From contig CAVUHW010000015.1 of NCBI GenBank assembly GCA_963741205.1, forward strand, positions 32,001-96,000: 64,000 nucleotides of DNA, in the 5' to 3' direction. Positions 19,245 to 30,837 of the stretch are shown here, in pieces. The stretch's first letter is position 1, and each line of letters begins with the position of its first letter. The position numbers and the translations under genes were made by a program. The notes beneath the pieces are model-generated. The model was not told the DNA's origin, searched no databases, and worked only from the letters and a program-made list of their open reading frames with translations. This DNA comes from Nitrospirota bacterium. GTDB taxonomy: Bacteria; Nitrospirota; UBA9217.

Positions 19245-21183
19245 CTACTCCTGTTTCAGGTCCGTCATCGTGACGCCCCGGACGTACTCCACGACCTTGT
19301 CCCGCTTGATGGCCTGGAGCTGCTTCACGATCTCGGCGATCCGGAGCGCGTTGTTTAAGACGGCCTCAAGCCGCGACGCAAGGTCCTTGTCCATGCCTCC
19401 GTAGCGCTCGATCAGCAGCTCGATGTTGCCGATGACGGTCGTCAGCGGGTTGTTGATCTCGTGCCGCACGGCGATCACGATCTCTCCGATCGCGCCGAGC
19501 CGCTCCGCCCGCAGGAGTTTTTCCCTGATCAGTCTTCTGCTCCGTCATGTCCCGCGCGGATACCTGGTAGCCCGCGGGCGCCCGCTGCTGGGAGAGCCTT
19601 CGAACGCTCAACTCGATGAAGGCGCGGCCCCCGTCGCGTTTGGTCACCTCAAACTCGATCACCTGGCGGGCGGTGACGCCTTCACCGCGGAGCATCCGCT
19701 TCGCCGTCTCGGCGCCTTCGGGCGTCAGAAAGTCGAGCACGCTCTTTCCGACGAGTTCGGTCTTATCGTATCCGGAAAATTTTTCGGCCTCCCTGTTCAC
19801 CGCCGTCAAAATGCCGGAGCCGTCCATGGTAAAGAGGATGTCGCGGGAGTTCTCGAACAGGTCCCAGAACTTCTCGCTCGACTCCTTCACTTCGGCGTAG
19901 AACCGGAGGTTCTCGACGGCCATGCCGAGCTGGGTGCCGATGGTGTCCAGCATCTGGAGGTCCGAGGGCTTTGGGGAGAACTCTTTTTGAGGATAGAGAA
20001 AAATGACGCCGAGTACCATGCCGCGCGACTTGATCGGAATGATGATGTGCGAATGGGAAGGGGTGTTCTCGCCGCGCGTGCGGCGGAGGTCGACGCACCC
20101 TTTTGCCGAGAAGAGGATCTCCCCGCTCTGGGCCACCATGCCGCAGAGACACTCTCCCATCCTGATCGTTTCCTCCTGTTCGATGAACTGCGGCGGAAGG
20201 CCCTTGTGCGCCACGAGACGCAGGGTTTCGCCGCTCGGGCTCGCAGAGGAACACGCCCCCCCGCGGCTCCAGGCCCGCCATGCTTTCCATGATCCGGTCA
20301 AGGGACCGCGACAGCATGTCGCTCAGATTGCCCGCCTTGCTCAGGGTCAGCGCGACGGCGTCAATCGCGGCCAGTTCGTTCGTCCGGTCAAGCAGCTTTT
20401 TCTCGAGGTCGGTGTAGGATGCTTTGAGTTTCGTGGCCATTTCGTTGAACCGCTCCGCCAGCTGGGCCACGTCGCTCGTCCCCGACAGCCGCATCTGGTA
20501 GTCGAGATTTCCCCGGCTGATTTCAGCGGCGCCCTTCCACAAATCGCTCAGGGGGGCGGCGATCTTCCGGTGAAGATAGACGCCGAAGGCCGAGGAGGAA
20601 ACCGACGGTCATGATCAAAAGCGCGGAAGAGAAGAAAAAGACCTTTTTTTTCTGGAGCGAGGTGTAGTCGGGGAGTTTGGCGATCTGGAGCGTCTGCTCG
20701 TCCCGGACGTGCTTTTCGATTGCCCGGCTCATCCTCTCCACGAGACCGTCGGCTTCTTTCATGAGGCCTTCGGCCAATCGCCGGTCCTTCCCGAGGGGGT
20801 CTTTGAGCGCGAGCAGCCCTCCTGCCTTGTCCTCGAATGCGGCGATGTCGGCGCGAAGGGAAACAAGCAGGCGCCGGTCCTCCGCCTTGATAGTGAGCCT
20901 CTGAAAGTCGTCCAGGAGCCTGTGGAGCGCGGTTTGGTCGGCTTCATAATCCTGCCGGTAGCGCTCGTCCCTGACCGAGACGGCATTGCGGAGCGTTGGC
21001 GCTCAAACGGGTCACCGCTGCCGCGATGTCATCTATTTGCCGCAGCTCACGCGAGGTCTGCTCTACTTCGTCCGTTATCGAGAAAAAAGCCGTGAGGATG
21101 TTCAATTCCGACAGTACGACGGCCGTCATGATCACCATCATGCCGGCTCCCACAATAAATATGATTTTTTTGTGTATGGGCAT
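19245..21183 (-). CDS. Membrane sensor (TM-HAMP-GAF-PAS-HisKA) with no HATPase domain; frameshifted
   Basis: HAMP 'VAQLAERFNEMA', GAF 'MGECLCGMVAQSGE', PAS 'LFENSRD', H-box 'RHEINNPL', then a stop about 70 aa later. Confidence 0.75.
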
Positions 21184-21270
21184 TCGCTGTAAGACCTTTC
21201 ACGCGCGCCGGGAGTCGCGCCCGGCCCGTGATCTGAATTCTTTTAAGGGAACTATACCATGGCCGGCATA

Positions 21271-21400
21271 AAGAGTACAGAGTAGAGCGTTAAAGGTTCA
21301 GGGTTCAAAGTTCAGAGTTTGGAGTGAAATCATGGGGGCAGAGCACATTTTTTACGCTTAATACTTTGAACTTTGTGCCTTGAACGATGAACTCTGTTTT
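21271..21400. repeat. Palindromic tandem-heptamer element (GTTCAAA/TTTGAAC type)
   Basis: aaggttcagggttcaaagttcagag ... ctttgaactttgtgccttgaacgatgaact, directly after the Omp85 stop. Confidence 0.75.
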
Positions 21401-24265
21401 TTAGAACGTGTTGCCGATATTAAAATGTATCTCCCCGGGACTTTCGCCGGGGAGACGGTGGACCTTCTGGCCGTAATCGATCCGTAAGGGGCCGACGGGC
21501 GTTCCGTACCGGATGCCGGCTCCGTAGGAAGCGCGGAGGTCGCTGATGTTGATCTCCTGGCCGGACCAGACATTGCCGGCGTCGGTAAAGAGCACGAACC
21601 CCAGCCCTTCGCCCGGGTTCAGCACGGAGTTCGAGGTTGAAGATGGCCATGCTCGCGCCGCCCTGCGGAACCACGGTGCCGGTCGGGTCCTTGGCGACGG
21701 GACCGACGGAGTCCTGGGTATATCCGCGAACCGTCGTGCTGCCGCCCGCGTAGAACCGTTCATGGAGCGGGACCTCAAGCGTGTCCTTATAGGGCCAGGC
21801 CATGCCTGCCCTCACGGAAAAGGCGACGACGTCGGTGTCGACCGGCACGAACCAGTTGGCCTGCACCGTCAGTTTCGTGAAGTCGGCCTCCGAGAAAAGC
21901 AAGCTTATCGCCTCCTTCAGGACGATCCCGTAAAGAGCCCCCTTGTGCGGATTGAAAACATCGTCGCGGAGGTCCCAGACGAGGCGCGGGGCTCAGGCTG
22001 CTGACGAGCACGCGGCCGCTGTCCTCAGGGGAGATCTGGGCCGCTTGCAATACGTCATAATTGACGACGTTCTCGAACTGGTAGGTGAGCGACGGTTTAA
22101 TGTTCTTAAAGGCCTTCTCGACGCCGAAGGAGGCGCGCGGTCTTGCGCGTCTTGTAGTAGATGTCCCGCGTATCGGAGTTCAGGCGCGTCGAATCGGACC
22201 ACACCAGGCTGAACTTCGCAGTCGAGCCTGCGGTTCAGGAACCAGGGCTCCTGATAATTGAAGATCCCCCGCTTCAGGATCTCGCTCTGCTCGTACCGCA
22301 CGCTCGAGTACTGCGCCAGTGCCGAAGAGGTTGCGGTGCGAAAGCTCCACGGACCACCGGAACCGGTCCAGGTCGCCGTACCCGACGCCCACTTCCATGG
22401 CCCCCGCGGGGCGTTCTTCCACCGTAAACATCATGTCCTCGGTATATTCCCTTTCACCGGATCGGACGGGCTCGAACTTGGCGAGCCTGAAGTAGCCCAG
22501 GTGGTAGATCTGCTGCTGGCTTTCGAGGATGGCGCCGTAGTTATAGACGTCGCCGGGTTTTACGAGGAGCTGGCGCATGATCACGTAATCCTTCGTGTGC
22601 GCGTTCCCCCTCAGGATGATCTTGCCGATCCGGACCTGCCGGTCCTCGGTGATCCGGTAGAGGACGTCCTCGGTCCCGTCCCGGGAGGTTTTGTCCGCGT
22701 CCACGCGGCTGTAGAGATAGCCCTTGTTCGCGTAGGCCGTCAGGATGCGGTATTTGTCCTCTTCGACGAGCCGTTCATTGAACGGGGCTCCCGGCTTGAG
22801 GACGATCTTGTCCAGGAGCTCGGCCGAGGAAAAGACCGTGTTTCCGTCGAACGTTACGCTTCCGGTCAAGGTCCGGGGCCCTTCGGTTATTTCAATGATC
22901 ACATCGGCCTCGCGGCCGTCCGCGCTGAAGTCCACCTTTTTTTTGATGACCGTGGACAGATAGCCGGCTTCGAGATAGCGGGCCTCCAGGTTGTCCACGT
23001 CCTTGTTCAGGAGGGCAGCCTGGTAAGGAAACGGCCGGTACCAGTAGAAGGGGAAGGACCAGGACAACGACCAGCCGGGCTCGCGCAGCGCCATACCGTT
23101 CTTGATTTGCTTGGACGTGAACGCGGTGTTTCCCCGCAGCTCGATGCGCCTGACCACGACGCGGGGCCCTTCGTTGATGATGAAATCCAGGTCAAGCCTG
23201 CCCGGCCCCGCCGTTTTCTTCGTCTCTACCGTCACGTCGGCGTATCCCTGTTCCCGGTACAACGTCTTGATCTGGTCGGCGCTGCCGTCGATCGCGACGT
23301 CCGATACGTCGTGCTCCGGCCAGATGAGAAGGGCTTGTCTTCAGTTTTTTCGACCCGAATTCCTTGTTTCCCGTGAAACGGACGGTTACGCGCGGCCCTT
23401 CGGTAATGTCGATGCGGACGTATGCCTTGTGGTCGCGAAAGCTCATGCTCACGGGGCCCACCTTCGCTGCAGGATAGGCTGCGTCGGCATATTTCTCCAC
23501 GACCGCTTCCTTGTCCGTATCGAGGAGCCGGTCGCGGTTCAGCGGCGATCCCACACGGCTTTTTATCGCCGCGAGCAGCTTCTTTTCCGTGAACACGGTG
23601 TTGCCGACAAAGGTGATTTCCTCTATGAGCGTCGGTTCGCCTTCGCTGATGTCGACATGGAGGACGGCCTGGTGAGGACCCAGCTTGTCGTTGAACGTGA
23701 CCGGCAGGGCCGGTTGTCCCGCGCCTGTCTCTCCCTGCGGCGTTTCCCCCTTGGGAAGAGGTCCGGACTCCAGGCGGAAGGAAACGCCGGCATCAAAATA
23801 ACCCGCGGCCTGGTAGAGGGCCAGGATATCCTCCCGGTAGCGGGGCAGCCTGCCCTGGCGGAGCTCTTTTCCTTCGAGACCGGAGAGCGCGTCCATGATC
23901 TGATCTTTCTTCAGGGCGTGTCTGCCGTTGACCACGACCTTCGTAACGACGGTGACCGGGACAAAGGTGTATTCGAGCCGCACGCCGCCGTTTTCCGGAA
24001 ATCCTTCAACGATGATGTCCCTGAATGTACCCTTGAGATACAAAAGCGCGAGGCCCTCCCGGACCGAGGAGCCGGTGAACATGTCGCCGGCCTTGACACC
24101 GATAAGCTCCGCGATCTGGTCCGGCTGCGACCAGGGATTGCCGAAATCGTCTTTTAAGACGACCCGGGTTATCGTGAGGCCCGAGAAGGCCGAAGGGGCG
24201 GATTGGGCGGGCAGAGCTACCAAAAGAAGGCAGAAGACGATCGCGATGGAACGAAGCAATTGCAT
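21401..24265 (-). CDS. Omp85 family outer membrane protein (BamA/TamA), frameshifted
   Basis: Multiple POTRA repeats, 'RFYAGGSTTVRGY', C-terminal 'YGAGIRYGTPVGPLRIDYG..HFNIGNTF'. Confidence 0.88.
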
Positions 24266-24541
24266 GAAGGATTTTTAGCACATCAAGGTGGGAATGTAAA
24301 GCAGGATCGAAGGCGGGTGAGGACCGGATTCGGGGACGGCGGCGCGGGTCTGGTAAGGGGCGGATTATGTATGGATGCGGGAAGGGAATGGAGGTCGCGC
24401 CGGTGATGGTCATGGGGGTGACGAGCCGGCTGCTTGCTTTTGTCCCATCGGGTTGACATTGCTGCGCGCTGTGATACTTTTAGAAAAGAGGTTTTTCAAG
24501 AATCCGATGCGCAAACCTTCTTGCGGAAACCGGGGAAGGTC

Positions 24542-25525
24542 ATGGACAAACACCATGTAGTCATAACCTATAGGGTCAGCGAGGCGAAAAGGACGGTGTT
24601 CAACGCAGTTTTCGGAAAGGACACGCGGCTGACCTACCTTGCGGACATGCCGGCCGGGTTGAGGCAGCAGGCGCTGATCGACGCCGAGGTGCTCATTTCC
24701 TGGAACCTGCCCAGGGACCTGGGCCAGAGCGAGATAGGACTGCTTCAGAACGCCAGACTGATCCAGCTCCTTACCGCCGGCGCGGATTCCGTCCCCTATG
24801 CAGGGCTTCGGGAAGACATCATCATCGCGTGCAACGCGGGCGCCTATGCCGAACCCATGGCCGAACATGTTCTTGCCATGACCCTTGCCCTGGCCAAGAA
24901 CCTGCTTCGGGAGCATCAACACCTTGCGCGCGGCGAATTCAACCAGACGAAGCTCAACCGCATGCTGCGCGGCGCGGCGTGCGGGATCCTGGGCTTCGGC
25001 GGTATCGGAAGGGCCTCGGCCGGGCTGATGCGCGGTCTCGGGATGCGCATCCTCGCCGTGAACACAACGGGCAGGACCGATGAGCCCGTGGAATTCATCG
25101 GAACGCTTGCGGACCTCAGGCGCGTACTTTCCTCGTCGGACGTAGTGGTCGTCTCGTTGCCGCTCACCAAGGCTACGCGCGGCCTCATTGGCGAGCGTGA
25201 GCTCGAATGGATGAAGCCCGATGCGATATTGATCAACGTGGCACGCGGGGAAATCATCGACGAGGCGGCGCTCTATGCCCATCTGGCGGACCATCCCGAC
25301 TTCAAGGCGGGCATCGATGCATGGTGGGTCGAGCCCTTTACGCACGGTGAGTTCACAACCCGCTACCCATTCCTCGCGATGCCCAATGTGCTTGGCTCGC
25401 CGCACAATTCGGCGATGACGCCGGGAGTGAACGACGAGGGCGCCAGGCGGGCCGCCGAAAACGTGAAACGATTCCTGATTGGAGAGCCGCTCACCGGCGT
25501 TGTGCGGAGGAACGAGTATGTGTAA
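24542..25525 (+). CDS. D-isomer-specific 2-hydroxyacid dehydrogenase
   Basis: 'GILGFGGIG', 'LINVARGEII', 'SPHNS'. Confidence 0.92.
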   Translation: MDKHHVVITYRVSEAKRTVFNAVFGKDTRLTYLADMPAGLRQQALIDAEVLISWNLPRDLGQSEIGLLQNARLIQLLTAGADSVPYAGLREDIIIACNAGAYAEPMAEHVLAMTLALAKNLLREHQHLARGEFNQTKLNRMLRGAACGILGFGGIGRASAGLMRGLGMRILAVNTTGRTDEPVEFIGTLADLRRVLSSSDVVVVSLPLTKATRGLIGERELEWMKPDAILINVARGEIIDEAALYAHLADHPDFKAGIDAWWVEPFTHGEFTTRYPFLAMPNVLGSPHNSAMTPGVNDEGARRAAENVKRFLIGEPLTGVVRRNEYV

Positions 25526-25639
25526 CACCGGAAAATGCGGCGCCGGCAGGAGCAGCGTTTTCAATCCTCAGGCCCGCATGAGTGGAGAGGCGATCAAGCT
25601 TGCGGCCTGCTGCGTCAGGGGGGAGGGAGGAGACAAACC

Positions 25640-26098
25640 GTGGATGACATCAAACACATTCTCGTGGTGAGCAGAATGACGAAAGTCGACAGGAAGGCTT
25701 TTCAGTACGGCGTTTCTCTGGCCAGGGCCACGGGTGCGGGGCTCTCCCTCCTCTCTCTTGTCCCCGGATTTTTCGGGGACGAGAGCCGCAAGACGTTCTC
25801 GCAGTCCCGCGAGCTGGACTATCACCCGGGACTCACCAGCTTGAAAAGAAGGCTTGATGACCTCGTAGAGCTCGAGCGCTCCCGGGGACTGAGAGTCAAG
25901 AAACTGACAAAAGAGGGGCCGCCCGCGGAAGTGATCGTGAAAACAGCAGTGGAAGAGCTTATCGATCTCCTGATCTTGCCGGCGCACGAAGAGGGGAAGA
26001 TGGAACATTACCTCTTTTGCCGCGGCACCGATGACATCATTAAAAAATTGCCGTGCTCGATCCTGCTCGTGCAGGAGGATGTCCGGAGCAATACATAA
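25640..26098 (+). CDS. Universal stress protein
   Basis: GTG start after GGAGGAG; 'IKHILV', 'EGPPAEVIV', 'LPCSILLV'. Confidence 0.85.
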   Translation: MDDIKHILVVSRMTKVDRKAFQYGVSLARATGAGLSLLSLVPGFFGDESRKTFSQSRELDYHPGLTSLKRRLDDLVELERSRGLRVKKLTKEGPPAEVIVKTAVEELIDLLILPAHEEGKMEHYLFCRGTDDIIKKLPCSILLVQEDVRSNT

Positions 26099-26173
26099 AA
26101 GCCGCCGTCCTCCTTAAGATGTGAAGCACGGCGCCTCTGTTGCGACGGTCAAGCATGCGACGGTCAAAGCCTG

Positions 26174-26202
26174 TTGACAAGCGCGGGATGGTATGCTATC
26201 TT
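26174..26202 (+). promoter_or_regulatory. Sigma70-type promoter upstream of pal
   Basis: TTGACA-17 bp-TATCTT with an extended -10 TG. Confidence 0.55.
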
Positions 26203-26292
26203 CATTGAGAATTTTGGCTCGTCATTTCCTGCGTTCACTGTCCGAAACGATAACCTTCGAACACGGAGTGCAGCATAAGGGAGGTTGATGTC

Positions 26293-26886
26293 ATGAAGAG
26301 AAGAAGCCTTGTGCAGATCATGATTTTGTTGTCAATGAGCGTGTTGCTGTTGTGGGGCTGTCCCAAAAAGGCGGCGGTGACCAGCGCGCCTGAAACCCCG
26401 CCGGAGGTCCGCAAAGAAGCCGCGCCCGCAGAGGACGCTGCGAAGGCGGAGGAGGCGCGAAGGGCCGCCGAGGCCGCAGCAGCGAAGGCCGCCGAGGAGG
26501 CGGCAGCGGCGAGGGCCGCGGAGGAGGCGAGAGAGCGGGCCGCGACCGCGGCGAGTGGCCTCCAGCCGATCCATTTTGATTTCGATCAGTCCTTTATCCG
26601 CGACGACGCAAGGGCGGTGCTGAAGGCCAACGCCGATTGGCTCAAGTCCCACCCCAAGGTGAAAGTCAGAATCGAAGGCAACTGCGACGAGCGGGGAACG
26701 AAGGAGTACAACCAGGCCCTCGGTCAGCGGCGTGCCGCGAGCGCCAAGAAGTATCTTACCGATCTCGGCGTCTCCGCCCAGCGGATCTCGCTTATCAGCT
26801 ACGGTAAGGAAAAACCCGTCTGCGGCGAGAGCAGCGAGGACTGCATGCTAAAGAACCGCCGTGACGATTTCATCGCGGCGGAGTAG
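26293..26886 (+). CDS. pal: Peptidoglycan-associated lipoprotein
   Basis: Lipobox LWGC; 'IHFDFD', 'IEGNCDERGTKEYNQALGQRRA', 'SYGKEKP'; Ala/Glu-rich linker. Confidence 0.95.
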   Translation: MKRRSLVQIMILLSMSVLLLWGCPKKAAVTSAPETPPEVRKEAAPAEDAAKAEEARRAAEAAAAKAAEEAAAARAAEEARERAATAASGLQPIHFDFDQSFIRDDARAVLKANADWLKSHPKVKVRIEGNCDERGTKEYNQALGQRRAASAKKYLTDLGVSAQRISLISYGKEKPVCGESSEDCMLKNRRDDFIAAE

Positions 26887-27022
26887 GCGCGGAAGAAAAT
26901 GAATCGGGGGGAGTCGGAGAACCGGCGAAGGTGATCGCGGCTCTTCTTCTCCCCCGGTCTTCGTTTCCCCGTGTCGCCAATTCATAAACACCATCCGACA
27001 TCATGGCATCCAAAGAGAACAG

Positions 27023-27886
27023 ATGAAAAGAATTCTCGCTTTGCTCATCACGCTCCTGCTCGCGGCGGCGTGCGCCCCGCAGTCGGAACTCGTCAAAACG
27101 AGGTCCGACATGGGCGACTTGCGGGAAGACGTGAAGACGCTGAAGGCGCGCAATCTTGAACTGCAGAAACGACTCGACCATGACATGCAGAACATGCAAA
27201 AGCGCCTCGATGTCCTCGACGCGAATGCCAAGGGGGGCGGCGATACGCAGAAGATGATCGCCGACTACGGCGCGAAGACCGACCAGATCACCACGGACAT
27301 CCAGCTTCTCCAGGGCAGGCTTGAAGAAAATAATTTTCGTCTCGCGGAACTCGCGCAGAAAATGGACGATCGGTCCGTCAAGATCTCCGAACTAACGGCG
27401 AGGATGGACGAGGCCGATGCAAAGCTCAAGCTGCTGAGCTCGGGGCCGTTGCTTTCGGTGATATCCGCTACCGCGTCTCCGCAGGACAAGCAGCCCCAAC
27501 CCAAGACGATCGAGCCGTCCGATGCCTACCGCCAGGCGAAAAGCGATTACGATAAGGGCAATTTCGACCTCGCACTTGCCGGGTTCCAGAATTATCTTGC
27601 CCAGTTTCCCAATGCCAGCCAGGCGGACAATGCACAGTACTGGGTCGGCGAATGTTATTATTCCCTGAAGGACTACAACAAGGCGATAGATGCCTTTTCC
27701 AAGGTCATCAAGAACCATCCCAAAAGCGACAAGGCGGCCGGCGCCAAGCTCAAGATCGGCCTGACCTACCTGAACGAAAAAAATAACGTCAAGGCGAAAG
27801 AGTACCTCACCAGGGTCGTCAAGGAACATCCGGGAACGAACGAAGCGGCAATCGCCAAAGAACGCCTCGCCAAGATAGGCAAGTAA
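27023..27886 (+). CDS. cpoB: Tol-Pal protein CpoB/YbgF
   Basis: Coiled coil plus TPR 'ADNAQYWVGECYY'; directly follows pal. Confidence 0.9.
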   Translation: MKRILALLITLLLAAACAPQSELVKTRSDMGDLREDVKTLKARNLELQKRLDHDMQNMQKRLDVLDANAKGGGDTQKMIADYGAKTDQITTDIQLLQGRLEENNFRLAELAQKMDDRSVKISELTARMDEADAKLKLLSSGPLLSVISATASPQDKQPQPKTIEPSDAYRQAKSDYDKGNFDLALAGFQNYLAQFPNASQADNAQYWVGECYYSLKDYNKAIDAFSKVIKNHPKSDKAAGAKLKIGLTYLNEKNNVKAKEYLTRVVKEHPGTNEAAIAKERLAKIGK

Positions 27887-27994
27887 GGTTTCATGCCGCG
27901 TCAACTATTTCGCGCCGACAGCGGAGAGCATTTCTTATCTACCCTCCGCGCGCTCATCGATTTTACCTAGATCCTTTTATCCTGGAAAAAACAC

Positions 27995-28125
27995 TTGGAC
28001 GCTGATTTGCGCAGATGCACGCAGATATTTAAGAGCGTGAGTAAAATCTCAAGTCGCCTTTTTTTGTGAATACCGACTTGCGATTATTTTTTTACCTGCG
28101 AAAATCTGCGTTCATCTGCGTCCAA
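27995..28125. repeat. Palindromic element with TTGGACGC...GCGTCCAA termini (GCAGAT-type tandem arms)
   Basis: ttggacgctgatttgcgcagatgcacgcagat ... ctgcgaaaatctgcgttcatctgcgtccaa. Confidence 0.8.
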
Positions 28126-28373
28126 CTGCCATTTTTTTTTAGACATCCTCTTCGCTTTTTTATTGGATTGTGAACACCCTGATTCTCATTCCTCCCTGCC
28201 CCGGCGCGCTCTGGGTGTTTCACTGTATCATATACTACATCCTCTTCAGCAGCCGCTTCAAAAGGAAAGCTGCCCCGCTATCGGCCGATTCATAAACGTT
28301 TGATATATAATTGTAGTCAATGATCATCGTGATGGCCTGGACATTGCATCAGCATCAAGCCAGGAGGTACGCA

Positions 28374-29621
28374 ATGCGGATAAAGCTGCTCGTTTTTCTG
28401 GTTTATTCTCTCGTACTCATCCATCCTGCTCAAGCCGAACAGCAGGTCATAAACCTCAAGGACCTCGAGCAGGAAGCGATCCGGAACAACCCCGAAATCC
28501 TCACGGCCCAGCAGAGGACCGAATCTACACGGGAGAGGGCGTCCTTTGCCGCGGCGATGCCGGACCCGATGATCGGTTACATGGTCCAGAACGTTGGATC
28601 GCCTTTCGCCTGGAGCGTGGGGCAAGAGGACATGAGCATGCAGGGGGTGGTTTTCTCGCAGGAGATACCCTTTCCTGGCAAACTGAGCGCGAAAGGGAGG
28701 GCGGCGGAAAAGGAGTCCGAACGCACGTCGGAGGCGGCCCGTGAAACCAAGCTCAGGGTCCTCTCGAACCTGCGGACCGCGTATTACGACTATTACCTCG
28801 CCTTCAAATCCGTCGAAATATTGGACAAGACAAAAGAGCTGATGAAAAATTTCCAGCGCATTGCCGAAACGCGGTACGCGACGGGTCAGGGCATGCAGCA
28901 GGACGTCTTGCGCGCGCAGGTCGAGGTCTCAATGCTCCTCGACAAGATCGCCGAGCAGGAACAGAAAAAAGAGGCCCAGGCCGCCACGATCAACAGGCTC
29001 GCGGGACGCGACCCGCTGGCGCCTCTCGGCAGGCCCGCAGAGCTGACCGCCGCAACCTTTGGCCGGAGCCAGGAAGAGGTCGCCGCCATGGCCCTGAAGC
29101 ACTCCCCCGTGCTTGAAGAGCGGCGACACATGGTCGAGCAGAGCAGGGAGGAACTGTCGCTCAGCAAGAAGGAGTTTCTGCCCGATATGGTTGTTTCCGG
29201 CGGATGGTTCTCGAGGGGCGAGAAGCAGGATGTATGGTCTGCGAGCGTCATGTTCAAAGTCCCCCTCTATTTCTGGAACAAGTCCACGGCGGTCCGGGCC
29301 GCATCGGCGGACGTCCTCTCGACCGAGCACGATTACGATGCGGCCAGGCTTGATGCGCTCGCGCGCGTCAAGGACCTCTATACCACGATCAAGACGTCGG
29401 AGCACCATATCCACCTTTACGAGGAGGGCATTATTCCCCAGGTGCGGCTCGCCCTGCAGTCGGCTGCCACGAATTATCAAGTGGGCAAAACGGACTTTCT
29501 GACGCTCCTCGACAGCGAAAGCCTCCTGCTCAAATATCAATTGATGCAGCAGGAAGAGCTGGTGAACTGGAACAAGAATCTTTCCATGATCGGGGAACTG
29601 ACGGGAGAAGAGCATGAATAA
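28374..29621 (+). CDS. TolC-family outer membrane efflux protein of a heavy-metal RND system
   Basis: Signal peptide; 'SQEIPFPGKL', 'YQVGKTDFLTLLD'; first gene of the operon. Confidence 0.88.
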   Translation: MRIKLLVFLVYSLVLIHPAQAEQQVINLKDLEQEAIRNNPEILTAQQRTESTRERASFAAAMPDPMIGYMVQNVGSPFAWSVGQEDMSMQGVVFSQEIPFPGKLSAKGRAAEKESERTSEAARETKLRVLSNLRTAYYDYYLAFKSVEILDKTKELMKNFQRIAETRYATGQGMQQDVLRAQVEVSMLLDKIAEQEQKKEAQAATINRLAGRDPLAPLGRPAELTAATFGRSQEEVAAMALKHSPVLEERRHMVEQSREELSLSKKEFLPDMVVSGGWFSRGEKQDVWSASVMFKVPLYFWNKSTAVRAASADVLSTEHDYDAARLDALARVKDLYTTIKTSEHHIHLYEEGIIPQVRLALQSAATNYQVGKTDFLTLLDSESLLLKYQLMQQEELVNWNKNLSMIGELTGEEHE

Positions 29622-30837
29622 CAGAAAATGCGGAAAACGGAAAGCACCCTGCACTCGCGATGCCACTCGTAAGCGCTGGGCACGGGCGGAGTGCGGAACG
29701 GGGAAGGGCCCTTCCTTCCTCCTCGTATGGTGCGCCGCGATTGCTGTCTCGTTGTCAGGACTGCCGCTCCTGGCCCAGGAACACGCGGGCCACGGGGCCC
29801 CGACGAAGAGTGCAGCCCCGCCAAAACAGGCTGAAACCCCGCCTCCCATCACGCTCTCCCCCGACAAGGTCCAGTTGATCGGCGTGCGCACGGCGGCAGC
29901 CGAATACCGTCCGCTTGACAAGCAGATCCGCACGGTGGGCAAGGTGGAGACCGACGAGACCCGCCTGGCCTATGTGAACACCAAGATCGCCGGCTGGGTG
30001 AAGAAGCTTTACGTCAACTATACCGGCAAACAGGTAGAAAAGGGCGAGCCCCTCCTGTCGATTTACAGCCCCGACCTTGTCACGGCCCAGGAGGAATATC
30101 TGAACGCCCTGCGATCTGCAAGCTATGCTCCGCACGAGGCGGGCGCAATGCCGGAGGTGGAGTCCTCGCACAAGGAGCTCCTTGAATCGGCAAGAAGACG
30201 GCTGCAGCTCTGGGACATCACGGACGCGCAGATCGCCGAGCTCGAGAAGACCGGCAAGCCGCAGACGGAGATGGTCATTGCGGCGCCGCTGACCGGCACC
30301 GTGCTCGAAAAGATGGTGCTCGAAGGCGCCTACATCACGCCGGGCATGAACCTGTACAGGATCGCAGACCTCTCGTCCGTCTGGATCATGGCGGACATCT
30401 ATGAATACGAGGTGCCCCTGGTCAAGGTCGGCCAGGTTGCGCGGGTGACCCTGCCGTACCAGTCCGGAGAGGTTCACAGCGCGACGGTGAACTATATCTA
30501 CCCGACGCTCGATCCGGTGAGCCGGACCGTCAAGGTGCGGCTGGCCATGAAGAACCCGGGGCACTTGCTGAAGCCCGAGATGTTCGCAAACGTCGAGATC
30601 ATGGTTTCCTCGGGCCCACGGCTGGTGATCCCCCGCGAAGCAGTGCTGGACTCGGGTATGCGCAAGATCGTCTACGTGGAGAAGAAGCCCGGCGTGTACG
30701 AAATGCGCAGCGTGACCCTCGGCCAGCGCGGCGAGGAATACGTAGAAGTTTTAAAGGGGATCAATAAAGGGGAACGCGTCGTTACCTCAGGGAACTTTCT
30801 CATTGATTCCGAGAGCCAGCTGAGGACGGGGCAGTAA
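29614..30837 (+). CDS. cusB: CusB-like RND periplasmic adaptor with a repeat-derived N-terminus
   Basis: 'IYSPDLVTAQEEY', 'IADLSSVW', 'LKPEMFA', 'NFLIDSES'. Confidence 0.85.
   Translation: MNNRKCGKRKAPCTRDATRKRWARAECGTGKGPSFLLVWCAAIAVSLSGLPLLAQEHAGHGAPTKSAAPPKQAETPPPITLSPDKVQLIGVRTAAAEYRPLDKQIRTVGKVETDETRLAYVNTKIAGWVKKLYVNYTGKQVEKGEPLLSIYSPDLVTAQEEYLNALRSASYAPHEAGAMPEVESSHKELLESARRRLQLWDITDAQIAELEKTGKPQTEMVIAAPLTGTVLEKMVLEGAYITPGMNLYRIADLSSVWIMADIYEYEVPLVKVGQVARVTLPYQSGEVHSATVNYIYPTLDPVSRTVKVRLAMKNPGHLLKPEMFANVEIMVSSGPRLVIPREAVLDSGMRKIVYVEKKPGVYEMRSVTLGQRGEEYVEVLKGINKGERVVTSGNFLIDSESQLRTGQ
29644..29697 (+). repeat. 54-bp direct repeat, copy 1 (inside the cusB 5' end)
   Basis: gcaccctgcactcgcgatgccactcgtaagcgctgggcacgggcggagtgcgga; 4 mismatches to 30849-30902. 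Confidence 0.9.

Noticed and set aside
26440-26555. Ala/Glu-rich repeats in pal as an inserted element
   Set aside because: An ordinary low-complexity helical linker in the protein.
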